IMG/VR virus record: IMGVR_UViG_3300027976_000023
Reading direction: 5' to 3' (one strand)
Length of the DNA: 64,000 bases
DNA from: an uncultured virus (IMG/VR IMGVR_UViG_3300027976_000023)
Taxonomy: Duplodnaviria > Heunggongvirae > Uroviricota > Caudoviricetes
The notes below the pieces were generated by a model. It had not been told where the DNA came from, ran no database searches, and saw only the letters and a list, made by a program, of their open reading frames with translations. How positions within the stretch are numbered: the stretch's first letter is position 1; each line of letters begins with the position of its first letter. Below, in pieces: positions 1 to 9,336 of the stretch. The position numbers and the translations under genes are program-made.

Positions 1-533
1 GTTGTTAAGTAAATACTTGAATCCACTGTTATGCTACTTCTAGTTTCATCTGCTTTCCAGAACTCGTGTCTAATTACTTGGATTATATCATAAGCTACTC
101 TACATGTTTCATCTACCTTTGGATTATATATCCCCCTATTCCCATTTCTACCAACTGAATCATCATTAGTTAGTATGTTTCGTACTTTGTATAATTTAGT
201 ATCAATTTCATCTCGAATTGAATGAAACTCCTCATAATTAGTAGATAACTTAACATCTTTTAATTTTTTCCATTCTGTTGCTTCATTCCACATTTTATTT
301 TTTACACTACCTGCAATTAATGCTTTACCGTCTTTAATCTCAAGTATTTTTCCTTGTGAGGTGCTATCACCTACTTCTACTTCTTTATCTGGTCTACAAA
401 CATCATATAAATGTTTCTCAAATGTTGGATGGTCTTTAATCACTCCAAATTGCCCTATCCCTACTCTTGAGTAGAAATCAAGGGCAATTTGGATTAATCT
501 TAATTGATCGTTGCTTACTTCTAATGTTGCCAT
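1..533 (-). CDS. hypothetical protein, apparently running off the left edge (MATLEVSNDQLRLIQIALDFYSRVGIGQF...)
   Basis: ATG at 533; manual translation of the 5' part; absent from the ORF track, presumably because it is truncated. Confidence 0.7.
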   Translation of the reverse strand, partial: MATLEVSNDQLRLIQIALDFYSRVGIGQFGVIKDHPTFEKHLYDVCRPDKEVEVGDSTSQGKILEIKDGKALIAGSVKNKMWNEATEWKKLKDVKLSTNYEEFHSIRDEIDTKLYKVRNILTNDDSVGRNGNRGIYNPKVDETCRVAYDIIQVIRHEFWKADETRSSITVDSSIYLT

Positions 534-554
534 AACTTTTATTTTTTAATTCAT

Positions 555-905
555 TTATAATAACTCAATTAATAAAGGTGTTAACTTATACCCTATAAAC
601 GCACCTAATGCGGTTGGTATCGGAAACACTATAAATTTACCTAATGACGTAACGTATTTGGGTCTGTTAACTACTTTACCTAAGTAAAAATAGTAAACTA
701 AGTATGCTAATAATACAGCAATATCTATCCTAGCGGTAATGGATACAATTACCATTGACCCTAATAACCCATAAATGAAATTAGACAAAACTCCGTCAAC
801 CCATATTTCTTTAGATTTCGCTTCCTTATACTCATCAATCAACCCCTTCTTCTTCATATTATTTATTATCTTTTGGGGTATACCCGTTAACAGTATGTAT
901 TTCAT
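555..905 (-). CDS. hypothetical membrane protein
   Basis: ORF track; about three hydrophobic segments. Confidence 0.6.
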   Translation of the reverse strand: MKYILLTGIPQKIINNMKKKGLIDEYKEAKSKEIWVDGVLSNFIYGLLGSMVIVSITARIDIAVLLAYLVYYFYLGKVVNRPKYVTSLGKFIVFPIPTALGAFIGYKLTPLLIELL

Positions 906-1074
906 ATCTACAATTGTTATCTGAATTCACATTTAGTATTTCACACATTTTAGACACCTCGTCAAAACTATTAAATTCTAATACAGAACCTAAACTATCA
1001 TTCATTATTACCGAAAGGTTTTTTCCAATAATTGTTTTTCTTATTAGATATATTTTATTTTCCATTTTATTCAT
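859..1074 (-). CDS. hypothetical protein
   Basis: ORF track; tightly packed in minus-strand run. Confidence 0.55.
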   Translation of the reverse strand: MNKMENKIYLIRKTIIGKNLSVIMNDSLGSVLEFNSFDEVSKMCEILNVNSDNNCRYEIHTVNGYTPKDNK

Positions 1075-1080
1075 TTTTAT

Positions 1081-1323
1081 TTATAAATTGTTATTAATAT
1101 AACTAAGTGCTTCGCTTGATAGTTCCTGTCTCATTAAACGTTGATTTCCATTATCAAACATTCGATAAGATATCATTACGTTATCAGCATAATTCTCTAT
1201 TGAGTTTACTATTTCAAGTTTCTCTGTAACATACCCATAGGTATTATCAAATGTATTCCATACTGTTGTAGCAGCCTCTTTAAGTTCATTAAAGATTTCT
1301 ATTGTTGGTGTTTCGTGTTCCAT
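1081..1323 (-). CDS. hypothetical protein
   Basis: ORF track; operon packing. Confidence 0.6.
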   Translation of the reverse strand: MEHETPTIEIFNELKEAATTVWNTFDNTYGYVTEKLEIVNSIENYADNVMISYRMFDNGNQRLMRQELSSEALSYINNNL

Positions 1324-1335
1324 TTTGTTTTCTTT

Positions 1336-1569
1336 TTAATATTTCCAACCTAATGTAAGGTCAGATAATTTTGTTAATGCTGAGGTATAGTCCATAAACT
1401 TATGCCATTGTCCTCCACAATTATATACTACTCTTACTGAAGTTTCAGTGTGGGTTGGAATTTCTTTTACAACTCCATTCTCAAACTGACCATCTTCATA
1501 ATGTTTAGGTTGATAACATACATTATCACCCACTTTTAATTCATCTGAGGGATTTATCATTTTATTCAT
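1336..1569 (-). CDS. hypothetical protein (SH3/KOW-like LKVGDNV start)
   Basis: ORF track. Confidence 0.6.
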   Translation of the reverse strand: MNKMINPSDELKVGDNVCYQPKHYEDGQFENGVVKEIPTHTETSVRVVYNCGGQWHKFMDYTSALTKLSDLTLGWKY

Positions 1570-1724
1570 TTTTTTTCTTTTTATATATATAATAGGATGG
1601 TACCAATATCCCTATAATCACTATCACATATAATAGTGTGGGGAAAATTAAAATTATTAATAAGAATAATGATATTGACAATATCACTATTGAAACCATT
1701 CTTTTAAACCCTTCTTCATCAAAA

Positions 1725-2759
1725 TCAAACATATAAACTATTATCAATTAAATACTTTGACACCTCATACTTTATTTCTTCGATGTTATGACCTTGTTCA
1801 TTCATACTGATAACTAATTCTACAATACTTTCACTAACCTCATCTAAAACTTCATCATCACCATATATGTCGTAATCATCACCATATATGTCGTAATTAT
1901 CTACATCGCTTTCCATATCATTATACCCATAGTAAGGGGTACTTTCAGTCATTAGTGGTTTGGTTACTTCTTTATTATGAAAATATTTTTTAATTCCTAA
2001 TTTATCAATTAATTTAATACCAACCTTTAATGAGTTACTAACTTCTTCGATTACCACATATTCACTATCTGTATGTTGTCTATAATACCCACAGCCTAAA
2101 TTTAAACAGTTGAAGTCATACTTTGTAGCTAACTGATGGACATCTGTGAATGGGTCAATACTGAATTTCGTATATCCAGATTCATTTAATGTTTGAGTGA
2201 TTTCTTCTTTAAAATCCTCATCAAATAATTTTACACCACTACACACCTCACTAATCCAATTATCTGATGGTGCGTCAAATTGGATGGCGTACCCCACATT
2301 ATCAAAAAATCTGTCATCAGCTTCTCTAGACCCTAACATACCTATTTCTTCTTCAACGAAGAAAGCACCTTTAAGGATATTTAATTCATTAAACATCTCT
2401 AAACAAACGTAAACACCACACTTATCATCCCCACCAATACCTGTTTGTATCTCACTATTAGGGTGTCGAGCAGTTAATATACCATCGTCTTCAACAATAT
2501 CTAATCGTTCTTTGTTTATAACATATTCTGTATGTGATCGATGTACAGTATCCATATGTGATACAACACAGGGGTAAAACTCACCCTCAGTCATATAGTC
2601 ACTACCTTTTGTTAGGTAAACATTACCTTTCTTATCTACTGTAGATAATATCTGATTCTTCTCCGCAAATTCTAAAATATAGTCTCTAACCACACTTTCA
2701 TTACCTGATATCGATGGTAGTGATAATACTTCTTTTAAAAAATCTACATTCATAATCAT
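1725..2759 (-). CDS. M20/M28/M42-family zinc peptidase
   Basis: SHMDTV, GGDDKCG, EEEIG, QFD and late H motifs; start moved to ATG 2759 (or 2753) because a promoter overlaps the 2771 start. Confidence 0.85.
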   Translation of the reverse strand: MIMNVDFLKEVLSLPSISGNESVVRDYILEFAEKNQILSTVDKKGNVYLTKGSDYMTEGEFYPCVVSHMDTVHRSHTEYVINKERLDIVEDDGILTARHPNSEIQTGIGGDDKCGVYVCLEMFNELNILKGAFFVEEEIGMLGSREADDRFFDNVGYAIQFDAPSDNWISEVCSGVKLFDEDFKEEITQTLNESGYTKFSIDPFTDVHQLATKYDFNCLNLGCGYYRQHTDSEYVVIEEVSNSLKVGIKLIDKLGIKKYFHNKEVTKPLMTESTPYYGYNDMESDVDNYDIYGDDYDIYGDDEVLDEVSESIVELVISMNEQGHNIEEIKYEVSKYLIDNSLYV

Positions 2760-2768
2760 TATTTTAAA

Positions 2769-2800
2769 CAAATATATGAATAATTTCCCATTAAAACAAA
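2769..2800 (-). promoter_or_regulatory. Bacteroidota housekeeping-type promoter (-33 TTTG / -7 TAnnTTTG)
   Basis: minus strand TTTG-N20-TATATTTG just upstream of the peptidase. Confidence 0.75.
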
Positions 2801-2899
2801 TTTTTTTAAATAAAATTAAATTAAATATTTACAAAATAAGGATTTTGCAGATATTTATAATATAATAATATAATAATACAATAATAAAAACATATATTT

Positions 2900-3025
2900 A
2901 TGATTAAAAATGAATTAAATTACAGAGGTTGTGGATGTAAAAAAAAGAAACCAGTAGTTAAACCTACAAACGAAAGTACGACAACTACGACTACAACTAC
3001 CAGTACTGATAATTCAGGAAACTAA
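2900..3025 (+). CDS. 41-aa small protein with GCGCKKKK motif and poly-Thr
   Basis: manual translation MIKNELNYRGCGCKKKKPVVKPTNESTTTTTTTTSTDNSGN; ATATTTATA at 2851 and A-rich leader. Confidence 0.55.
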   Translation: MIKNELNYRGCGCKKKKPVVKPTNESTTTTTTTTSTDNSGN

Positions 3026-3027
3026 TT

Positions 3028-3447
3028 TTAAGTTAGTTGGTTAGCGGGACCTCTATTAAGGTTATCTGACCAAGGACTATTATCCAATGTATTGGCAGGT
3101 CCCCTAGTTAATGATACAATATCTTCCCACTTGGTAGAAGACCCACTTTCGGGTGCACCACTATCTTGTTCATCAATATATTCTTCATCATCGTATTCAT
3201 CTTCTACCCCAATACCATATTCCGATACTACAAACCCAAATTGTTGTTCTTTATCGTAATACCCTAAATAGATGTCGTTACTATCGTAAGCAACAACTTC
3301 AACCTCATTACTATCAAACTTCAATTCTTTTCTATCGTCTACCCATTCTAAGACACGATCATACCATTCTTTAGGGTCAGTAATGGTTTCACCAAATTCC
3401 TTTAGTAAAACCTTCTTATATTGTTCCTCTGTTATTATTATTTTCAT
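3028..3447 (-). CDS. leader-bearing acidic protein with two RGPAN repeats
   Basis: N-terminus MKIIITEEQYKKVLLKE; C-terminal RGPANTL and RGPANQL. Confidence 0.7.
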   Translation of the reverse strand: MKIIITEEQYKKVLLKEFGETITDPKEWYDRVLEWVDDRKELKFDSNEVEVVAYDSNDIYLGYYDKEQQFGFVVSEYGIGVEDEYDDEEYIDEQDSGAPESGSSTKWEDIVSLTRGPANTLDNSPWSDNLNRGPANQLT

Positions 3448-3466
3448 ATTAATAGTCTTTTATCTT

Positions 3467-4333
3467 TTAAATAAATTTATGCAACATTGTTGATGTTTCA
3501 ATACCAATGATACCATCAATCAGTGATAACTCTTCTTCCCTTTGGAAATCTTTAACCGCATCCATTGTTTCACTACCGAATATCCCATCATCACCATATT
3601 CTGATAATTCATAACCTAATTCCATTAATATACTTTGAACCTCCTTTACACCATCACCTTTACTACCCAAAGAAATTAATTCACTATTATCCATATTATC
3701 TATAATATCATCGATAAAAACTTCATCTGTAACTACTCTCCCATCAACCTTTTCTGTAACATCATCTTTATCGATAATGATGATGTTTTCATTATCTAAA
3801 GTTGATTTCAGATAATCCCATGGGTCAATAGTACCTTTACTATAATCCCCCTTATAAATTGAGAAGTGTAGATGTGGGTGAGTACCGCTAGCGTTACCCG
3901 TATTACCGACTGTTCCTAAAAATTTACCCATAGTGATATCTTCACCCTCTTCTAATTCGTTATTTATACTATTTAAATGTGCATAATAGTAATTTTTACC
4001 ATCATCACCTTTAATGTTGACAGTGTTCCCACCAATACCATTATTTCTACCTATAGAAAATATTACACCATTAACACAAGAAACTAATGGGGTTCCTTTG
4101 GGCGCAAAAATATCAATACCTAAATGACCACCCCTCGATTTATGAGCTGCGTCACCACGTTTATAATCTGAATTATGTATAGAACCTTCTCTGTCTAATA
4201 CCTTTGGTGATATACCACTACCTAATCCTTGTGAGTCATAACCCACATTAAAATTATCATTCCCTATTGGAAATACAAAATTAGATTCAGTTATTAGGTT
4301 CTTATATTGATCCTCTGTTATTATTATTTTCAT
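3467..4333 (-). CDS. M23 peptidase with C-terminal peptidoglycan-binding domain
   Basis: HLGID, YYAHL, HLHF motifs; GSKGDGVKEVQ..DGIFG..T..AVKDFQ; shared leader. Confidence 0.9.
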   Translation of the reverse strand: MKIIITEDQYKNLITESNFVFPIGNDNFNVGYDSQGLGSGISPKVLDREGSIHNSDYKRGDAAHKSRGGHLGIDIFAPKGTPLVSCVNGVIFSIGRNNGIGGNTVNIKGDDGKNYYYAHLNSINNELEEGEDITMGKFLGTVGNTGNASGTHPHLHFSIYKGDYSKGTIDPWDYLKSTLDNENIIIIDKDDVTEKVDGRVVTDEVFIDDIIDNMDNSELISLGSKGDGVKEVQSILMELGYELSEYGDDGIFGSETMDAVKDFQREEELSLIDGIIGIETSTMLHKFI

Positions 4334-4352
4334 CTTTATACTATATATCTTA

Positions 4353-4922
4353 TTAATTTACTAACCTTATTCTACCACTCATATTTGAAATTGACACATC
4401 ATGCATATGATCTTGCACCATATCTTTTAACATGTCAGCATCATCATAATCAAAATCTAGTTCTGGGTTTTGATATTCCCAACTTGTTTCATCAAATTCC
4501 ACATCTAAATCACTATGGGGTATGGTTTTTGATAACTCTAAATCTTCCTCCTCTGAAGATGCCTCAACATTTATAAACCCTGGAAGATGTGTTCTACCAC
4601 ATAAATAAGTGGGGATATATGTTTGTATCGCCCAAATACCTTTAAATTCCATTTCTTTACCCAATAAACCCCTATACTCTTCTACATCTAATTCTTTGAA
4701 GTCTATAATCCAGCTGTTATATATTGTTAGGAATTCGTTATGTGAAAGTCCCATATCATCTCTTACTAATTTTAATACCTCACCTTTAGTAGCGTTATAC
4801 CCAATGTGTTTATTAATTAACTCCATTAACCTAATTACTTTAGGGGTAATAGTAATAAAACCACCCTTATTATCCTCAGATAATAATCTTTTATATTGTC
4901 CCTCTGTTAATCTAATTTTCAT
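4353..4922 (-). CDS. leader-bearing hypothetical protein, paralog 1
   Basis: MKIRLTEGQYKRLLSED N-terminus. Confidence 0.75.
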   Translation of the reverse strand: MKIRLTEGQYKRLLSEDNKGGFITITPKVIRLMELINKHIGYNATKGEVLKLVRDDMGLSHNEFLTIYNSWIIDFKELDVEEYRGLLGKEMEFKGIWAIQTYIPTYLCGRTHLPGFINVEASSEEEDLELSKTIPHSDLDVEFDETSWEYQNPELDFDYDDADMLKDMVQDHMHDVSISNMSGRIRLVN

Positions 4923-4923
4923 A

Positions 4924-5520
4924 TTAATTAGATATTACAATATTATCCATTACTTCATCAATGTCACCATCATCTATTTGTTGTGCTATGTAATCACCCG
5001 CATAATCATTATCATCCTCCCATGTTATATTACCATTTTCATATTCTATATCACCAGCATCTTCATATGAGTCAAAGTCCCCTTGAGATAATTGATCAAA
5101 AAATTCTTGACGGGAACTACCATAACCGACATAATTAACATCCATTTGTCCACTAATATAACCCGTAACTGGGTAGTAACTACTATAAGTAAATTTACCA
5201 TAATATTCTAAAGGTTTACCTAATATCTTTTTAAAATCACCATCTACTACTTCTTTTTTAAATTTAATGAAATTATGTGACAATAAAATAGATTCTGGTT
5301 CTGTTAAACCAAACTCTTTCATAAATAATTGAGAGTAATCTTGGTTACTAGCGTTATTAGGAATGTTTTGGGTTTTTTCATAAACATATTCAAAACAATT
5401 AACAACAAATCTATCAACCTTATTACCTATGTTCCTAAAGTCAACTTCCCCATCAAGAAAACTTTTATTATCCTCAGATAATAATCTTTTATATTGTCCT
5501 TCTGTTAATCTAATTTTCAT
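4924..5520 (-). CDS. leader-bearing hypothetical protein, paralog 2
   Basis: MKIRLTEGQYKRLLSED; start set at ATG 5520 by alignment to neighbours. Confidence 0.75.
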   Translation of the reverse strand: MKIRLTEGQYKRLLSEDNKSFLDGEVDFRNIGNKVDRFVVNCFEYVYEKTQNIPNNASNQDYSQLFMKEFGLTEPESILLSHNFIKFKKEVVDGDFKKILGKPLEYYGKFTYSSYYPVTGYISGQMDVNYVGYGSSRQEFFDQLSQGDFDSYEDAGDIEYENGNITWEDDNDYAGDYIAQQIDDGDIDEVMDNIVISN

Positions 5521-6116
5521 AACCACTTTATTTCCTCTTTATCTATCAACTCTTCAATGTTATAATGTATATTATCAGTTGTTGCTGCATAATCTTGTTC
5601 CCAATGAATTTCACTACTATCATAAGAAGGGTCATACCCATCTTCTATAATATCATAATCTCCAGATTCTATTTTTTCATAAAATTCTTCAGGACTAGTA
5701 GCCATAGCTTGTATCTTACCATCACCTTTACCATATAATCGTCCATTCATTTTTATTGGTACGTCAATCGAGAACTCACTATAAAATTCATAAGGTATAC
5801 CAATCAAACCTTCTTTATCATTATTCTTTATTAAATCATAATTTTTAATGTAGTTATGTGCTAAAACCAATGCAACTCTATACTTATAATCACCAATTTC
5901 CATAATCACTTTCTTTAATGGTTCATAACCGTAGTGATTTTCCATCATTTGTGGTGTAATCTTTTCTACCTCATTCACATGAATATATAAATCAGCGATA
6001 AACTTACTGATTTTATCACCAATTGTTTTATAGTTACCATAAACAGTTAGAAGTTCTTCGGAAGTCTCCTCAGATAATAATCTTTTATATTGTCCTTCTG
6101 TTAATCTAATTTTCAT
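5517..6116 (-). CDS. leader-bearing hypothetical protein, paralog 3
   Basis: MKIRLTEGQYKRLLSEE. Confidence 0.75.
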   Translation of the reverse strand: MKIRLTEGQYKRLLSEETSEELLTVYGNYKTIGDKISKFIADLYIHVNEVEKITPQMMENHYGYEPLKKVIMEIGDYKYRVALVLAHNYIKNYDLIKNNDKEGLIGIPYEFYSEFSIDVPIKMNGRLYGKGDGKIQAMATSPEEFYEKIESGDYDIIEDGYDPSYDSSEIHWEQDYAATTDNIHYNIEELIDKEEIKWL

Positions 6117-6382
6117 TATCCTATGTTTTCTTCTTTTGATTTAGGGGTTGCGAATGCTTTAACGGTAGATACCCCTAACATAGTTGCGGAAAATATCAAC
6201 ATAGAGCTAAATAAATTCTCATTAATGGTGAACCAATGAAACCCATCCCCTATAAAAGCTATACACACTAGTACACCCGATATTATTCCCATTGTTTTTT
6301 TAGATGAATACTTATTATCCTTCTTGTCTTCAGTTAAAATATCACTTATAAATTTCATAAATTTTCGTATTACTTTTCTCAT
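6116..6382 (-). CDS. small two-TM membrane protein (holin-like)
   Basis: two hydrophobic helices and charged ends; function is inference. Confidence 0.5.
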   Translation of the reverse strand: MRKVIRKFMKFISDILTEDKKDNKYSSKKTMGIISGVLVCIAFIGDGFHWFTINENLFSSMLIFSATMLGVSTVKAFATPKSKEENIG

Positions 6383-6431
6383 ATATAAAAACTTTTAAAT
6401 TGTTATCCATATATAAATATCGTGTAAGCAT

Positions 6432-6456
6432 AAAAAAACCCACAAGTTGTGGGTTC
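6432..6456 (-). terminator. intrinsic terminator
   Basis: minus strand AACCCACA-ACT-TGTGGGTT followed by T-run. Confidence 0.7.
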
Positions 6457-6483
6457 ATTATATAATACTATAATTATTTATAA

Positions 6484-6636
6484 CTATTTAAATGATAATA
6501 AAAATTCTCTTACAGCAACACCACCAGCAAACCATGCGTAATTAATGCTACCATTTATGAATAATGTAATACAAATCACAGCGACAACACCAGATCTGAA
6601 TAATTTATTGTTAATCACTTTACTAATTGTTTTCAT
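6484..6636 (-). CDS. small membrane protein (50 aa)
   Basis: manual translation MKTISKVINNKLFRSGVVAVICITLFINGSINYAWFAGGVAVREFLLSFK. Confidence 0.55.
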   Translation of the reverse strand: MKTISKVINNKLFRSGVVAVICITLFINGSINYAWFAGGVAVREFLLSFK

Positions 6637-6692
6637 AAAAAATATTTTTTGTTTATGTTATTATAATATAAATATCCCAATAACTACAATAG

Positions 6693-6989
6693 TTATATGT
6701 ATTTTTTAACTGAGTCAACTATTAGCTCTTTAGGTGGTACACCAGTTTGTCTCCACACTATCTCACCCTCTTTAAATAATAATAAAGTAGGGATACTTCT
6801 AATCCCATATTTTCTAGCAATATCAGCATTAGACTCTATATCTACTTTTAATACGGTAGCTGTACTACCTAAATCTTTTTTAGTTTGTTCAATTATTGGG
6901 GACATCATTTGGCAGGGTACGCACCAGATCGCGTAAAAGTCCACTAACGTTGGTTTTGTAGAATTAATTAAATTGTTAAAATCACTCAT
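6693..6989 (-). CDS. trxA: thioredoxin
   Basis: LVDFYAIWCVPC (CxxC) and IRSIPTLLLFK. Confidence 0.92.
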   Translation of the reverse strand: MSDFNNLINSTKPTLVDFYAIWCVPCQMMSPIIEQTKKDLGSTATVLKVDIESNADIARKYGIRSIPTLLLFKEGEIVWRQTGVPPKELIVDSVKKYI

Positions 6990-7010
6990 ATTGTTTTTTT
7001 ATATAAATAT

Positions 7011-7039
7011 AAAAGGGTGGTAAAAAATACCACCCTTTT
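7011..7039. terminator. bidirectional intrinsic terminator
   Basis: aaaagggtggta-aaaaa-taccacccttttt perfect stem. Confidence 0.8.
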
Positions 7040-7059
7040 AATAATTTTAGATTTATTAC

Positions 7060-7242
7060 TTACGCTTTTTCACCTACCCACTTAACTACAGAATTTAAAC
7101 CATAGATTTCAGTAATTTTCTGAACAAATCTTTTTGGGTTTTTTCTAATGTAAGTTAATGATTCTGTTGGTACTCCTGTCTTAGAAGGACCGAAAAGTGA
7201 CGATAAAGACTCTTCTCTGTTTTTTGTGTTTTTTCTACTCAT
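7060..7242 (-). CDS. hypothetical protein
   Basis: ORF track; followed by terminator. Confidence 0.55.
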   Translation of the reverse strand: MSRKNTKNREESLSSLFGPSKTGVPTESLTYIRKNPKRFVQKITEIYGLNSVVKWVGEKA

Positions 7243-7325
7243 CTTTTAAAATATTATGTTTTTGTTATAATTTAATCAATGGTAGAGAAAATATATTTAA
7301 TAGTCAACACCATAGTGATAAATTT

Positions 7326-7751
7326 TTAATCTACACTAACTACCTCTAAATCAAAAAACAATTTCTTACCAGCCATTGGGTGATTAGCATCTAACTTTAT
7401 AGTAGTCTCATTTATTTCAGTAACTGTAACATTAATAATTCCTTTAGGTCCTTCTGATTTTAATACATCACCTAATTTAACTGTATCCGGTACCTTATCT
7501 TTTCCCACTTCAGTTACTAAACCATCTAGATATTCGCCATATCCATCTTCCGGTGAAATCTCAACAGTTTTCTTTTCACCTTCAACCATACCTAATAAAC
7601 CACGCTCAAACCCTTTTATTAAACTACCCTGACCTAATACTGTTTTAATTGGTTCTCTTCCATCTACTGTAGAATCATCAAATATTGAACCGTCTTCATA
7701 CTTTCCTATATAATGAACCACTACATTATTTCCATTTTCAACTTTTTTCAT
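7326..7751 (-). CDS. slyD: FKBP-type peptidyl-prolyl isomerase (SlyD/SlpA type)
   Basis: VVHYIG..DGSIFD, GSLIKGFE, DANHPMAGKKLFF. Confidence 0.92.
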   Translation of the reverse strand: MKKVENGNNVVVHYIGKYEDGSIFDDSTVDGREPIKTVLGQGSLIKGFERGLLGMVEGEKKTVEISPEDGYGEYLDGLVTEVGKDKVPDTVKLGDVLKSEGPKGIINVTVTEINETTIKLDANHPMAGKKLFFDLEVVSVD

Positions 7752-7951
7752 AATATAAATTTTTTATTAAGCATAAGGATACTACACCAAATAGTAAATA
7801 ACAATCTAATATTGTTTTACGTTTCCCTAATTAAATTAATTAAAGTATAAATTGATGCAACAATGATAGACATATATCCCACAAACACTAATAACGGTAT
7901 TTTTAATAATCTTTCCATATACCTATAAATATGGGTAATTTAAGTAAACCC

Positions 7952-8488
7952 CTATTTAATATCTAGCTCATCCAAACATTTTTGGTATAGTTCTGAGTTA
8001 CCCTTATTCATATATTTTAACATACTTTCTTTTTCTTTAAGGTAAAGTTTACCGAATTTAGGGTCATTTTTCATAATATCCTCACCATTATCCAATATAT
8101 CAGCGTATTTAATAGTTTGTGATCTAGGAGATATATTACCCATTCTCATTGACTCCATTTCTTTTCTAGCCTTCCTATTAAAATCTGGAAAAATTTCTGT
8201 AGTATAAACATCAGTCAATTCCCTAACCAATTTAATAACATCATTAGCCATCCTACCCCCCACTATATCCAATAGTTCCATCCACAACTCATTTTCTGTC
8301 ATAGGTGTATCTTCTAAGACATCATGAAGTATTGCCCCCATAATCTGAGCATCATCCCCACCAAACTTTTTTACTATATCAGAGACTCTAAATGTATGGG
8401 TAACATATGGATCCCCAGAATATTTTCTTTTCTGATTCCCATGTGCTCTTATCGCCAACTCTTTTATTTTATCAATTTGTACAGACAT
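7952..8488 (-). CDS. HD-domain hydrolase, RelA/SpoT-hydrolase (Mesh1-like) type
   Basis: AHGNQKRKYSGDPYVTH, AILHDVLEDT, IKYADILDN. Confidence 0.85.
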   Translation of the reverse strand: MSVQIDKIKELAIRAHGNQKRKYSGDPYVTHTFRVSDIVKKFGGDDAQIMGAILHDVLEDTPMTENELWMELLDIVGGRMANDVIKLVRELTDVYTTEIFPDFNRKARKEMESMRMGNISPRSQTIKYADILDNGEDIMKNDPKFGKLYLKEKESMLKYMNKGNSELYQKCLDELDIK

Positions 8489-8493
8489 ATCAT

Positions 8494-9228
8494 TTATTTT
8501 TTATTTGTTGGTAATAACCACATATTACCCTTAAACATAATCTCCATTAAACGTGGTTCTTTTTTATCTATCTCAGCTAATAACCTTAAAGTCCCTACTG
8601 TATCGTGTTTCATCATCTTAGTAACTTCCCCCTGAATCCTTTCTTGTGAAACCACTAATTCTAATTTATCAATCAACCCATTTATAAATATGGCTGACCA
8701 CACATTAGGTGCAATAATAAATCCTTTAGTGATGGAGAATCGTAATGCTCTAATCATTCGTAAAGGGTCATCTAAAAATGTCTGCACTGGATCCAAAGGT
8801 GTAACCAATAACCCCATCTCTAAATGTTTTTTACCATCAAATAAGTCTATGATGTTTCCATCTAAATCTTTTGCCATTGCGTTGAGGGTAAAATCTCTAC
8901 GGGTTAAATCATCTTCTAACGTACCCAATTCTATTATCGGTTTACGTGTACCTTCAATAACACCTACTTCCTTTCTAGCCATCACAAAATCTGCGACTAA
9001 ACCTACATTCTTATGTCCTTTAGGGAATTTAGCTCTAACAGTAAAACAATCTTTGGTTTCTAAAAATATAGTAAATCCTTCAGTTTTAAGATGTGACAAC
9101 ATTTGACACCATCCTTCATCAACAGATTGTGATATATCGTCTAATACAAATGTAAAATCAATGTCATTAGTATGAACCCCTAAAAGTTCATCTCTTACAC
9201 AACCCCCTACTTCAAATATTTTTAACAT
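8494..9228 (-). CDS. cca: tRNA nucleotidyltransferase (CCA-adding)/poly(A) polymerase family
   Basis: VGGCVRD..DIDF, DLTRRDFTLNAMA, DDPLRMIRALRF. Confidence 0.85.
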   Translation of the reverse strand: MLKIFEVGGCVRDELLGVHTNDIDFTFVLDDISQSVDEGWCQMLSHLKTEGFTIFLETKDCFTVRAKFPKGHKNVGLVADFVMARKEVGVIEGTRKPIIELGTLEDDLTRRDFTLNAMAKDLDGNIIDLFDGKKHLEMGLLVTPLDPVQTFLDDPLRMIRALRFSITKGFIIAPNVWSAIFINGLIDKLELVVSQERIQGEVTKMMKHDTVGTLRLLAEIDKKEPRLMEIMFKGNMWLLPTNKK

Positions 9229-9244
9229 AATTAAGTTATTTATA

Positions 9245-9275
9245 CAAATATACGAAAAATAACTTAATTACCAAA
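9245..9275 (-). promoter_or_regulatory. Bacteroidota-type promoter
   Basis: TTTG-N19-TATATTTG upstream of the nucleotidyltransferase. Confidence 0.75.
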
Positions 9276-9286
9276 CATTTTTAAAT

Positions 9287-9314
9287 AAAAAAAGACACCC
9301 CTTAGAGTGTCTTT
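9287..9314 (-). terminator. intrinsic terminator after the sulfatase
   Basis: AAAGACAC..GTGTCTTT stem plus T-run. Confidence 0.7.
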
Positions 9315-9336
9315 CTAAATGTATATATTAAATTTA

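Larger units (their letters stand above)
4867..6116. repeat. three 50-56 bp near-identical direct repeats (4867-4922, 5465-5520, 6067-6116) encoding the leader
   Basis: tcctcagataataatcttttatattgtcc(c/t)tctgttaatctaattttcat read three times. Confidence 0.95.
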
